A stretch of DNA of 55,879 nucleotides from an uncultured Bacteriovorax sp. (GTDB lineage: Bacteria; Bdellovibrionota; Bacteriovoracia; Bacteriovoracales; Bacteriovoracaceae): NCBI GenBank assembly GCA_964459395.1, contig CAYWMU010000001.1, forward strand, positions 1-55,879, read 5' to 3'. Both the position numbers and the translations under genes were made by a program. A model generated the notes under the pieces. The model saw nothing but the letters and a program-made list of their open reading frames with translations, was not told where the DNA came from and ran no database searches. Shown here piece by piece: positions 1 to 9,789 of the stretch; position 1 is the stretch's first letter; the number at the start of each line of letters is the position of its first letter.

Positions 1-1931
1 GCAGAGTCTCCTGAATTTGTTAAGAAGCGCAGGTCTCCTTTAAGTGCCCGAGGATTGGCTTCAGTGATAGTTGAACGAATCAGCGCGGTGGTATTGGTGG
101 AGGAATTAACGCCCGTTCCTACTTGAAAAGATAATTCAGTTGATTCGGTGGTATTCTCATTGAGAGTCCTGATAGCAAGTCGTGGCTGGCTTGAACCAAC
201 TACTTCTAACTCATTCTGCGGAGTAGAAGTTCCTATTCCGATATTCCCACTATTGGCGAGTCTGAATTTTTCAGCACCTGCAACCTGCATCACAAACTCT
301 GCAAGTACTGTCGAGGCCGTTGAATCAACGCCGTAAGTCCCGTTTGAGTCGTCTAAAAAGAAACCTACCCGACGATTGTTACTGCCTTCGTTAACTCTGA
401 TACTGTAACCTAAGAGATGATTATCAGTAGTGGATACCAGGTCAACCAACTTGTTGAAAGGTTTGACAGCGCTGGTACCTGGTGCGGAAGTTCCAATTCC
501 TAAACTTCCTCCGTCAAAGTTTATTCCACCGGTAACACTTTGCCAGTGAAGATCTAACCCTGCGACCTGAGATGGATCAATCTCAATATCCCGACAAACA
601 AAAATATCGAGCATAATATCATGAGTCCAGGTTTGATCAGCACCGCAATTAACAGGTGCAACTCCTGAGCCATCAGTGCGAGCAAAGGCCCTCACATGAG
701 GATCAGCTTCAACAGTAATACCTGTATCATTATCAGCATCGGCCAACCAAGTTGATCCATTCCACTTTAGTACCTGGCCCGTTGTCGTGGCTCCCATTGA
801 ATGAAGCTTATTACTGGTTATTCCTGCATTGGGAATTGAGAGTTGATTTGAGCCATTTAAAGCTATCGTGGTGTTATCAATGGAAAGACTGAGAGATACA
901 TTGCTTGAACCACTCATCGTTAAGGGCGGGGCCACATTAATTGACTCCACTGCCGAGGTCGTTGCTGGACAGTTCGTACCATCACTTAAACACACGGACC
1001 TACCACTAACTAAGAAATCATTGCCGACGACTGAGAATATGTCAGTATCGTTAGTTTGGTTGCGAAGTTTAAACACTTCACTAAACATACCAAAGACAAA
1101 TTCTTCCGCATTTTCAGTAAAGCTTATTCTATTAGCACTTTCTAGAGTGAGTTTATGATCAATATCAAACTGTGGTATTTGTCCGGGATTTGTTCCCACA
1201 TCAACAGCGATTGAACCGACTGTGGTAATGCTACTACCCTCTCCGACAATACCTGTCCCTTTGGTAATCGAGGAAATCCCACCATCAGGGCCAGCACCAA
1301 CTTCATCAGGAGCAGCAATCCATCGATCAGAACTAGCATCCCACTTTAAAACGTAACCATCTTCTGAAGCACCAAGGGGTGCGAGTTTTCTCGCAGTAAC
1401 GGATCCATCGGCCAGTTCAATCGAAATAGGGTAACTCGAAGAACCATACGCATCAGCAATGATGAGAGAGTAAGTTTTCCCCGCCATTATTTTTAGAGCA
1501 TTTAATCCTTGTGCAAGAACCTGTGAAGTTGTTTTAGAAATGGTCTCAAGCTCAGAAGTTTCTTCACCAGACTTTAAACTAATCTTGGTGAGAGTATTAA
1601 GATTATCTCCGCTAATGATAAAGGATCCATTCTTAAAAGAAATGGATTTAACTTTGAAGATGGATGAGCCTGGGCGGTGAGCATTACTTACATGAGAAGA
1701 AGAATTGCCAACGTTTGAAAAGAAGAGATTACTTGGAGAATTGCTCTCTCCAGTTTGCTGGGTATTTTCATTCTTAACATTTTCTGCAGAACGGGAGTGC
1801 TGTGTTTGATCGTAGTTATTTGATGGTCTAATTGAGCTACCAACATAGAAATGATTGTCAGTTACAGTGGCTACTGGACTACTTTCCTCATCGACATCGC
1901 TATCAACGAATGAAGAATCGATTATTTTTTT
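1..1931 (-). CDS. Fibre/tail-fibre-like adhesin (Bdellovibrio MAT-like). Main reading frame, running off the window end; joined to 1922..2152 by a frameshift at the A9 tract
   Basis: Not in the ORF track. Hand translation gives an open frame from 1931 to the window edge (KKIIDSSFVDSD...GDLRFLTNSGDS). Motifs DGYVLKWDASSDRW, GQVLKWNGSTW, GSLGIGTSAP and GNIGIGTSTP are typical of trimeric fibre proteins. First in-frame ATG is only at 1487. Confidence 0.85.
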
Positions 1932-2152
1932 TTATCCATCGATGAGGAATTGGAGTTCACAGGAGAAGGAGCGCTGATTTCAATATTGGCGGGAACTCTT
2001 TTTACTTTTTTTACTTTCGTTACTTTTTCAATAACTTCTTCAACTTCAATCGTTTCTTTTACTACTGTCTTCTTATTGAAAATATAGGTGTTTGAGAAAC
2101 TTATCCCTATAAAAAACAATACACTGATGATTAAGATTCTCTTGATCCTCAT
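1922..2152 (-). CDS. N-terminal signal/anchor segment of the fibre adhesin (76 aa when unshifted)
   Basis: MRIKRILIISVLFFIGISFS is a signal peptide or membrane anchor. The ORF ends GAT AAA AAA AAA TAA exactly where the long downstream frame opens. Confidence 0.75.
   Translation of the reverse strand: MRIKRILIISVLFFIGISFSNTYIFNKKTVVKETIEVEEVIEKVTKVKKVKRVPANIEISAPSPVNSNSSSMDKKK
1925..1933 (-). repeat. A9 homopolymer at the frameshift junction
   Basis: T9 on the + strand at 1925-1933. One extra A (A10) or a -1 ribosomal shift fuses the two frames. Confidence 0.9.
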
Positions 2153-2160
2153 ATGTTAAT

Positions 2161-2189
2161 TTATCGGAATATACTGAGAGAAATCTTAA
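2161..2189 (-). promoter_or_regulatory. Putative sigma28 (FliA)-type promoter
   Basis: TTAAG-N16-TCCGATAA against consensus TAAA-N15/16-GCCGATAA. It ends 8 nt before ATG 2152, and there is no SD. Confidence 0.65.
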
Positions 2190-2274
2190 ATTATTGATAA
2201 GTCTTCATTCTGGAATCATTTTGCCCCTTAACGATGCGCTTTTACAATCAGAGCACTCAGGATTATTTATTTAA

Positions 2275-2312
2275 GATAAAGAAGAGCCAAAAGGTACGGC
2301 GTACCTTTTGGC
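2275..2312 (-). terminator. Intrinsic terminator after gltG
   Basis: 12-bp perfect inverted repeat GCCAAAAGGTAC (2286-2297) / GTACCTTTTGGC (2301-2312), followed by TCTTCTTT on the minus strand. Confidence 0.75.
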
Positions 2313-2325
2313 CCTTGAGAATTGA

Positions 2326-4326
2326 CTAGATTTTTTTAGGATAGAAATTCATAGGTTGCTTCACTTCAACGACCCCACCCCCCATCGGCGCAGGGAAAGC
2401 AATTCCTCTAAGAACATTCACAACACATCTTTTAACTCCTGCAGGAAGACTCGATGAACCATCAACCCCTGCCTGAGAAACGTGCCCGGAAGCTCCAATA
2501 GTAAAGTTTAACTTCACACTTCCAGAGAACTCCTGACCACGAGTAGATAATTCATTTTGATAACATGATCTAAAGTGAATAATGTTATCCATTAAAATTC
2601 TTCTAATGACATCAGGATCCATTGAACCTAGTACAACTGTTTCAGCAGGAATACCTGCTTGATAGATCGCTCTTTTAGCTGAGAGCCCTTCAGCTCCAAT
2701 CGACTCTCCAAGTTTACCCACTGTTGCACCAACAAGGCTTCCTTGATTAGTTGCAATGTCTGCGGTCTCAATTGAGCCCGAGCCTCCGGCCACTCCACTA
2801 GCTGCTCCTATCTGAGTACCACTAGCTCCTGAAGCTGCTTTGGTTTGCACGCCAGAGAGAGTTCCTCCTTTAGCCACTAAGCTTGAAACTGTCGATTTAA
2901 AGTCAGCTGACTTATAAACTTCAACTTGACCAACTGACTTCGTTGCCACTTGAGAAACAGCAGGTGCATTTCTAGCTGTTGCTGTTTGTGTTCTTGCCGC
3001 TGGTCGATTCGATGCTTGTGGAGCTGCTTTTTGAGCAGTTCTTTTTGGAGGGGTTGTCCCCTGTTTTACTACTTGCTTCGTTTGAGCCGTTTTAGTACCA
3101 GGGTCTGGTTTCTTATTCGCAACTTTAGTCTCAACAACATCTGGCTTTTTTACATCTGGCTGTTTTTTAGTAACAACTTTTTTCTCTACCGCTGGCTTAT
3201 CAGGAGCTTTCTGAGCTCTTTTAGGAGCCTTCTCTGTTTTTTCAACGGCCTTATTTTTAGAAATAGTTAGAGGTTGTTTATAGAGAATTGTAGCAAGTCT
3301 CTCAGGTGCAAGCTCTTCTTTTACCTCTGGCTCTGGAAGTTCTATCACATTAAACCCTACTGCTACTAAGCCTACAAAGAGTAAAAGAAAGAAAAGATAC
3401 TTTTGAAAATCGGGGTCTCTTTTAAGAATAGGAGCAGGTGCTACCTTAGGAGGGGATTCAACTCCTCTTACAAAAATTTGTAAATCACCATTATATAATC
3501 TCAAAATATCTTGTGGGCCTAATTCAAACTCCTCTCCGACTTGCTTTTTATCATCAGAAAGGAAGAAAGGAGTGAAGCCCGGTAGTGTGTGAACCACTGG
3601 CATTTGAGATTTCTTTAAAGTGATAAAAGGATACTTGTCTTTTTTCCCTAAGTAAGGAAATTCAATATCTTTATGAGAATTCTTAAGGCCCGTGATTTGA
3701 TAAAGGTTATTTCCTTCAGGAAGATAATCTACAGAAAAAATCTTATCTTTAAAAAGAATGATTACTTCAACGGCTTGTTTAGATGTTTGATATTTAAAAA
3801 TAGGATAAATATCTTTTTGATCTTCAAAAATATATTCACTAAACTCAGCTTTAGGATCTGCAGCAAGTGGATAGACTATACTTGGAAGATCTAACTCGTC
3901 TGATACAGTTAAACTTGGTGCTACCGGAACCTTAGGAGGTGTTTTAACAGAAGCTTTACCTTCCATAGGTTCTAAAACATCAAGTACAGGTGGTAATGCA
4001 GTAGCCGCATTATACACTCGGTATTCAAAGTCAATTCCGGCTAACTGAAAGTGGTCACCTGGATAAAGTTCTTTAGTTACAATCCGGTCTCCATTAACAA
4101 ATGTGCCATTAGTTGAATTCATGTCATAAAGAATGGCTTTAGTCGGGAAAATTTCCATTACAGCATGAATTGCTGAAACAGAGTCAGATGCGACCATCAG
4201 ATCGCAGGTTTCAGATCGACCTAGAAGGATTCTACCGACTCTAAAAACACCTCCTCTAACCTTAACATTGGAGGAAGTAGGAAAGAGTTCAAACATTTGT
4301 GACTGTTTCTGTTTTTCAGTATTCAC
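2326..4326 (-). CDS. gltG: GltG-like gliding protein (FHA domain, TM helix, low-complexity linker, AgmX/PglI TonB-C-like domain)
   Basis: FHA motifs LGR..CDL, VSAIHA, STNGTFVNG; one TM helix; C-terminal FRSCYQ...G.V...FTIG..G.V...CV...FPAP.GG..V.V..P..F; last gene of a glt-like cluster. Confidence 0.8.
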   Translation of the reverse strand: MNTEKQKQSQMFELFPTSSNVKVRGGVFRVGRILLGRSETCDLMVASDSVSAIHAVMEIFPTKAILYDMNSTNGTFVNGDRIVTKELYPGDHFQLAGIDFEYRVYNAATALPPVLDVLEPMEGKASVKTPPKVPVAPSLTVSDELDLPSIVYPLAADPKAEFSEYIFEDQKDIYPIFKYQTSKQAVEVIILFKDKIFSVDYLPEGNNLYQITGLKNSHKDIEFPYLGKKDKYPFITLKKSQMPVVHTLPGFTPFFLSDDKKQVGEEFELGPQDILRLYNGDLQIFVRGVESPPKVAPAPILKRDPDFQKYLFFLLLFVGLVAVGFNVIELPEPEVKEELAPERLATILYKQPLTISKNKAVEKTEKAPKRAQKAPDKPAVEKKVVTKKQPDVKKPDVVETKVANKKPDPGTKTAQTKQVVKQGTTPPKRTAQKAAPQASNRPAARTQTATARNAPAVSQVATKSVGQVEVYKSADFKSTVSSLVAKGGTLSGVQTKAASGASGTQIGAASGVAGGSGSIETADIATNQGSLVGATVGKLGESIGAEGLSAKRAIYQAGIPAETVVLGSMDPDVIRRILMDNIIHFRSCYQNELSTRGQEFSGSVKLNFTIGASGHVSQAGVDGSSSLPAGVKRCVVNVLRGIAFPAPMGGGVVEVKQPMNFYPKKI

Positions 4327-4337
4327 ACTGGCCCCTA

Positions 4338-4580
4338 TTATCTAATGGCTTCAAGAGATTTTTGCATTTCTCTATTAAAATTTGGTCTATCTGGTAGCTT
4401 ATTTTGAAACTCTTTTCGTAGACGGGGTGAAACGGAAATATCTCCAGGAGAGCCGGCCACACCTTCTACAGAAATCTCAGAGAAATCGAACTTCTCATAT
4501 TTTTTATATTCGTAGTTCACATTTCTTTGAGAAAAAGCTGAGAAAGAAACTACAAGAGCTACTAGTGAAATCCATTTCAT
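4338..4580 (-). CDS. gltF: GltF/CglF-like small secreted gliding protein
   Basis: Signal peptide, YKKYEKFDFSEISVEG...P motif, and position between gltE-like and gltG-like genes. Confidence 0.7.
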   Translation of the reverse strand: MKWISLVALVVSFSAFSQRNVNYEYKKYEKFDFSEISVEGVAGSPGDISVSPRLRKEFQNKLPDRPNFNREMQKSLEAIR

Positions 4581-5491
4581 AGCTTCACTCCTATCTTATG
4601 AGCGATTGAAGAATAATACTTTTTTAGTTCTTGTTGCTTTGGTTTAGAAACATTTTTAATAATCTTTGTTGCTTCACCTTTATTTCCTGCAAGGTGATAG
4701 GCCAGAGCAAAATTTAGACCAATCTCTGGTCTGCTCCACAGTTTAGATGGCAACTGTCGGTAAAAGCGGATGGCCGTATTATGATCCCCTCGCATAAGGT
4801 AAGCAGTTGCAATGGAATTAGTAATACCAACGTCTAGTTGGGCCTGGTTGGAAAGTGATTGAAGAATAGGTAGTGCCTTCTCAGATAATCCAAATTCGAG
4901 ATAAAGCTTTGCAAGATTATACCTTGGAGTTTTAGAGAACTTTCCTACTTTAGAAGCTTTCTCATAAGCAACAATCGCTTTTTGATGTTGTCCTAAACGA
5001 GAGTACATTACGCCAAAGTTGTTAAGAGTTGGAACATAATCTTTTTCTGCTTCTAATGCTTTATTAAAATACAGTAGTGATTTTCTATACTCTTTCTGAT
5101 CTAAATAACAAATCCCAAGTTGATTCCAGTAAGATGGTAACTTGTGTAATCGATCATAATTTTTCTCAGCAACAGCGTAAGCTTCTTTAAACTGATTTCG
5201 CGTACAAAGATAGGCCATACTGATCAATGGATCTTTATCACCTTGAAACTCTTTTACTTCATCATTTGTAAGACGATTGAGTGTTTCATCTTTTAGCATT
5301 GGATTTTCTAAAACCTGCCTATTATTGATAAAATAATCACGAACCTGATTCTTTTCTATCGGTCTTTCTTTTCTAAAGTCCTCATTAGTAATAGATTCTA
5401 TTTCTGCAAGACTTGTATCCTTATCCTTTTTCGAAACAGAAGAACAAGAAAAGAGTACAAGGGAAAAAGCAAGTAGAGTTAATGTTCTCAT
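4577..5491 (-). CDS. gltE: TPR lipoprotein, GltE/AglT-like
   Basis: Lipobox LFSC, TPR repeats (WNQLGICY, LNNFGVMY, RYNLAKLY), and synteny. Confidence 0.7.
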   Translation of the reverse strand: MRTLTLLAFSLVLFSCSSVSKKDKDTSLAEIESITNEDFRKERPIEKNQVRDYFINNRQVLENPMLKDETLNRLTNDEVKEFQGDKDPLISMAYLCTRNQFKEAYAVAEKNYDRLHKLPSYWNQLGICYLDQKEYRKSLLYFNKALEAEKDYVPTLNNFGVMYSRLGQHQKAIVAYEKASKVGKFSKTPRYNLAKLYLEFGLSEKALPILQSLSNQAQLDVGITNSIATAYLMRGDHNTAIRFYRQLPSKLWSRPEIGLNFALAYHLAGNKGEATKIIKNVSKPKQQELKKYYSSIAHKIGVKL

Positions 5492-8358
5492 TTCATACCT
5501 TCTCTTTGCATTACTACGGCTTCTTCATTCGTAAAGAAACGAATATCGCTGTAGTCGCCGCTATAAAGAACATCAAAATTATCTTCAGAAAGAATTGAAT
5601 TTTTATTAATTGTAGCAGTAAGGTCCTTTCTGAGTTTGGCAGCATGATTTGTTAGTGGCAACCACACATCTCTCATAGCTTTCTGAAAACTCTCTACATA
5701 CTCTTTAGGTTTATCAGGCGGTGTAAATTCCTTCACCTCGCTAGAGACATTCTCATAAGCTTGAATAAGATACTTAGAGCTTGAAACAATTGCTTTACCA
5801 GAACCTGTTTTAGTGACCTCGTTCACTTGAGCTGTAAGAGCATCAAGCGCTTTTAATTTATTCTGAAGAGCTGAATTGAAAACATTCTCAGGGAAAGATA
5901 ATTTCACTGAATCTATTTTCTGAGCGGCGTTTTCAATATTAGGAATCATACGTAAAGCAATAAGATCAATTGCCTCAACAGGTATATCAAGTTTTGAGCG
6001 AACAGATCTAGCGTAAAAATTACTTTGCTTACTTTCAATATTTCGAGCTTCCGCAATATTCCCTGCTGCCAATAATCTTTCCCTTAACTTCTCGTAAGGA
6101 ATGATTAAGTGAGGGAGAGATCTAGAATCTTTTTCAAGTTCTTTCACTATTTCTTCTAGAGCTGTCCATCTGTTCTTATCTGCAAGATCTTTAAGTAATT
6201 CATGATCTACTTCTTTGAGAATTCTATCTGGAATACTGCATTTCTTAGCATTTCCACGGATCTCAAGTGCCTTATCTATTTCGTTATTGGCCAATGAAAT
6301 AAAGACAGCATTTTTATAAAAGTTAGACTTATTCGAAGAATTGATCTGACAAGTCTTGGCAAGCAAACGATAAGAAAGATCTGCAGACTGATTTAAGTGC
6401 TGTCTTGCAAATAAACCTGAAGCAATTGTGAGTAGGGAGCTAGAGAATTTCACAACATCTTTAGCATCCATTTCATTTAATGCAACAGTTGACCACAAGT
6501 AGCTTTTATTAGGATCACCTAATTCATAGTAAAGGGCAGATAAATTATATGATGCGTTTGCCTTAGCATGTGGAGTTGATTCTGATGACTCATAAATTTG
6601 ATGATACCCTTTGAGGGCCAGGGCCTTATCACCTTTATCCAGTGAACTTTGAACCCCTTCGATTTGAATCTTCGTCATTAAACTTCTAAGAGCATCAGCA
6701 TACTTCTTAGAAACTTTGAACTCACCACTATTAATTCGAGTCACATAAGCTTTTACCGAATCATACTCTTTATTACTACGGTAATGCTCCATGATTTTAG
6801 CAAGCATGGCTTCTTGAGTTTTAAAATCATTAGAAAAGTTTTTTGCAAACATGGTTAATGTTTGATCAGCACCAGGATAATCTTTCTGTTCGATTTGAGC
6901 TGCAAATAGTCTTTCATAGATCGTCTTGGCCCTTGCAGACTTTTGATCTAATGACAGAGCTCTTTGGTAAACAGGAACATAATAAGCTTTTGCTGTTCTA
7001 ACTGTTAAATTTTTTGCGGCAAGAGCAGAAAGCATCCCTTCGACTGATTGTTGCATAATCTTAGTATTCTTTGATGATTTTGCAGCATCAAAAGCAGCTA
7101 AATAATGATTAAGAGCTGTCTTAGGTCTATTTGAAGCGTAAGCAGTCTCCCCTTGAAAGAATACTTTCTCTGGGTTTGATTTAGGATTTAATAAGGCTGA
7201 AAGACCAAAATATTTAATGGCCTGATCGGCTTTTAATCTTTGAGTTTTTTTAACTCCTGCATATGTCTTTGAAGCGACGGTTTTCTGCAACTCGGCTGCT
7301 TTCTTATCGATTTGAAATACTAGGATTTTATTCTGATCTTCCGTTAAAAACTTTCCTCTACTCAAAGTCACAAGATTTTCAGCAACTCGTAAATGTTTAG
7401 CATCTTGATTAGCTCGATCATAGAGATGCAACTGAGCAATAAGTATTTCTACTTTTTTTCTAGTGTCTTTCTCATTTTTTTCAGCTTCGAGTAAAATTCT
7501 TTCTGACTGATTAAATTGACCATCACTCATTGTTTTTTCAGCAATAGTGAGCATCTGTTTTGTGAAATCAATTTTTTGACTTCTGTAAAATGAAATTGCA
7601 TCATTCAGTCGATTGGCCTCTACGTAGAAGATACCAATATCCCTATTTACTTCACTTCGCATATCAATGTACTTATCAGAAGGGCTTCTACGGTGAATCT
7701 CTCTCATAAGGTCAATGGCCTTACTGTAATTTTTCACGCGGTAGTAACACCAAGCTAGATTGAAACTTTCCTTGGTCCACCATTTATCATTTATTTTAGA
7801 AATGGATCTCTCATAAAGAGGAATGGCCTGTTTGTAACGTCTATTATTGTAGTGATAATCCGCAAGTGTTAGCTCTGCTTTTGCCCTGACCGGAGAACTG
7901 GCCTGAGTGTGCTTAATAGCTTGAGCTAAAAAGCTCTGTGCTGACTTATGATCTCCCATCTCACGATAGTTTGAACCTAAGATATAATAAACTTCTCCAA
8001 TATTCTTATAATTGGGAAATTTCTTTGCAACGGTTTGAGCGGCAGCATTGGCCCTTTTAAAAAAAAGCGTCGAGTTCTTAAAATAAGTACTTCTATTAAC
8101 ACTTCGTCTTTGTTCTGGTGAGAGCTTTAGATAGTTCTCATTTTCAAAATCAAGCCAGTGACGACCTTTTTCAAGATTTAATTCTGCCACTCTAAACAAA
8201 GTATCCGGTGATCTATAATTTTGTTGTTTTGCCAACCTAGAAACTTCGCTTAATTCCTCATCAATAATTTTTAAAATCTGTTGACGTCGACCATCAAGCC
8301 TTTGGGCCCAAGACAGCTGACTTCCTAAGATTAGAAATACAAGCGCTATTCTTAACAT
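5488..8358 (-). CDS. gltD: Large secreted TPR protein, GltD/AgmU-like
   Basis: Signal peptide, many TPR-like repeats (YYILG, FNLAWCYY, YNLSALYYELG), 956 aa, and synteny. Confidence 0.7.
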   Translation of the reverse strand: MLRIALVFLILGSQLSWAQRLDGRRQQILKIIDEELSEVSRLAKQQNYRSPDTLFRVAELNLEKGRHWLDFENENYLKLSPEQRRSVNRSTYFKNSTLFFKRANAAAQTVAKKFPNYKNIGEVYYILGSNYREMGDHKSAQSFLAQAIKHTQASSPVRAKAELTLADYHYNNRRYKQAIPLYERSISKINDKWWTKESFNLAWCYYRVKNYSKAIDLMREIHRRSPSDKYIDMRSEVNRDIGIFYVEANRLNDAISFYRSQKIDFTKQMLTIAEKTMSDGQFNQSERILLEAEKNEKDTRKKVEILIAQLHLYDRANQDAKHLRVAENLVTLSRGKFLTEDQNKILVFQIDKKAAELQKTVASKTYAGVKKTQRLKADQAIKYFGLSALLNPKSNPEKVFFQGETAYASNRPKTALNHYLAAFDAAKSSKNTKIMQQSVEGMLSALAAKNLTVRTAKAYYVPVYQRALSLDQKSARAKTIYERLFAAQIEQKDYPGADQTLTMFAKNFSNDFKTQEAMLAKIMEHYRSNKEYDSVKAYVTRINSGEFKVSKKYADALRSLMTKIQIEGVQSSLDKGDKALALKGYHQIYESSESTPHAKANASYNLSALYYELGDPNKSYLWSTVALNEMDAKDVVKFSSSLLTIASGLFARQHLNQSADLSYRLLAKTCQINSSNKSNFYKNAVFISLANNEIDKALEIRGNAKKCSIPDRILKEVDHELLKDLADKNRWTALEEIVKELEKDSRSLPHLIIPYEKLRERLLAAGNIAEARNIESKQSNFYARSVRSKLDIPVEAIDLIALRMIPNIENAAQKIDSVKLSFPENVFNSALQNKLKALDALTAQVNEVTKTGSGKAIVSSSKYLIQAYENVSSEVKEFTPPDKPKEYVESFQKAMRDVWLPLTNHAAKLRKDLTATINKNSILSEDNFDVLYSGDYSDIRFFTNEEAVVMQREGMK

Positions 8359-9764
8359 TCTGACCTCAATGCAAATACATAATCACCAAGTTCATCGGCC
8401 CAAAATTCACCATTAAAGTTCCAGAAATATTGCTTATCATTTCTCTCAATATACTTAACGTCTCCTCTCTTACGACCTTGGCTTTCATTTTGATAGAGAC
8501 GCTCTTTTCTCTGAGCTAATACTTCTAGTTTGATATAACTCATGTCCTGAAAGGCTCGGTAAAGTTCTGCATATTTAGAAACCATTGATGATCTCACATA
8601 TGCCCCTAAAGTACTTCTATATTCATCTAAAACTGTTCTCATATTTCTGAGAAGCTGGCTTTTTAGATTAGAACTAGGAAGCGTTTCAATTTTTTTATAC
8701 TCTTGTACCGCGCTAGAAAGAGAGGACTTGATCTCTTGATAAGCACTATCCTTCATTAAGCTTTTAAGGGCCTTGTTAACATATGGAACCAATGATTCCT
8801 TTCCTGACTCATAATTTGCCATTAAGTCATAGTAGTATTTATAATTTTTCTTATTTCTAAGAATAAAGCTTCTTAAATTCCTCGCTTCCTTAGAGTGCTC
8901 GTTATAAAAATCATCAGCAGTATTACGAGCATCATCATAAAGGCACATTTTTAAATATGATAAGGCCTTAAGTACATCGACCTCAGGATTGAAAATAAAA
9001 TCCAATACCGGAGCCCTGTATGTAACGAGCTTCCCTAAAGTGCGATTGTAGTTTTTAAGTTGATAACTGTTCCAAGCTTCTTCAAATAGGATATTTGGCC
9101 ATATCAGAGACTCTTTCTGGATATCCAAGTAAGCAAGATCAGCACGTTTATAATCTTTAAGTCCATAAAAAGAACGAGCGATTCCAGCTAAACAGTAATC
9201 CCTATTTTGTAGCATTTGATCTTTTTGAACTGAGTTTTCTAAGTTTTTGGCCTTATTCTCAGATGATTTCACGCATTCATTAAAAACTGTAGCGGCACCT
9301 CTATAATCACCTTTGTGAGCAAGTATCACTCCAGAAAGATGCTTAATGAAAGGATACGCGCTGTGATTAGGATCAACTTTTGAAATTAATTTTTCAGCAG
9401 TAGCAAAGTCAGATTTACTGAAACTTCTTTTCGCCAAAATATAACGAATATTCGGAGAATTAACCTTAGATAAAATATTTTCAGGAAGAGATTCAAAAGT
9501 TTTCACCCCTACCGTTGTCATGATATTATCAACGGCTTTCTCAAGGCGAGGATCCATTCTCTTTCTAGACTTTACGAGGTAATCTTTTACCCAAGGAATT
9601 AAAGCAAATTGATACCCGCCATCATCGAGTTCAATTATCATATCTCTGTATCCAGCAAGGGATACATTCCCTCTACCGTACTTCTTCAATGCCTCTTCAT
9701 ATCCTGCGAAGGCATTGACAGTTAAACCAGTAGCTAAAATGACGACTAACTTTTTTGAGAACAT
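8352..9764 (-). CDS. gltC: GltC-like TPR protein
   Basis: Signal peptide, FEEAWNSY...PEVDVLKALSYLKMC, and C-terminal WNFNGEFWADELGDY resembling the GltC terminal motif. Confidence 0.75.
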   Translation of the reverse strand: MFSKKLVVILATGLTVNAFAGYEEALKKYGRGNVSLAGYRDMIIELDDGGYQFALIPWVKDYLVKSRKRMDPRLEKAVDNIMTTVGVKTFESLPENILSKVNSPNIRYILAKRSFSKSDFATAEKLISKVDPNHSAYPFIKHLSGVILAHKGDYRGAATVFNECVKSSENKAKNLENSVQKDQMLQNRDYCLAGIARSFYGLKDYKRADLAYLDIQKESLIWPNILFEEAWNSYQLKNYNRTLGKLVTYRAPVLDFIFNPEVDVLKALSYLKMCLYDDARNTADDFYNEHSKEARNLRSFILRNKKNYKYYYDLMANYESGKESLVPYVNKALKSLMKDSAYQEIKSSLSSAVQEYKKIETLPSSNLKSQLLRNMRTVLDEYRSTLGAYVRSSMVSKYAELYRAFQDMSYIKLEVLAQRKERLYQNESQGRKRGDVKYIERNDKQYFWNFNGEFWADELGDYVFALRSEC

Positions 9765-9789
9765 CCTTGTTCTCCTTTTTAACTAAAAA

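Noticed and set aside
148-1339. Short track ORFs 148..336, 868..1158 and 1142..1339
   Set aside because: Antisense or alternative-frame shadows of the long minus-strand fibre frame.
8059-8066. Other 8-nt homopolymers in CDSs (8059, 16796, 39332)
   Set aside because: Reading frames are intact across them.
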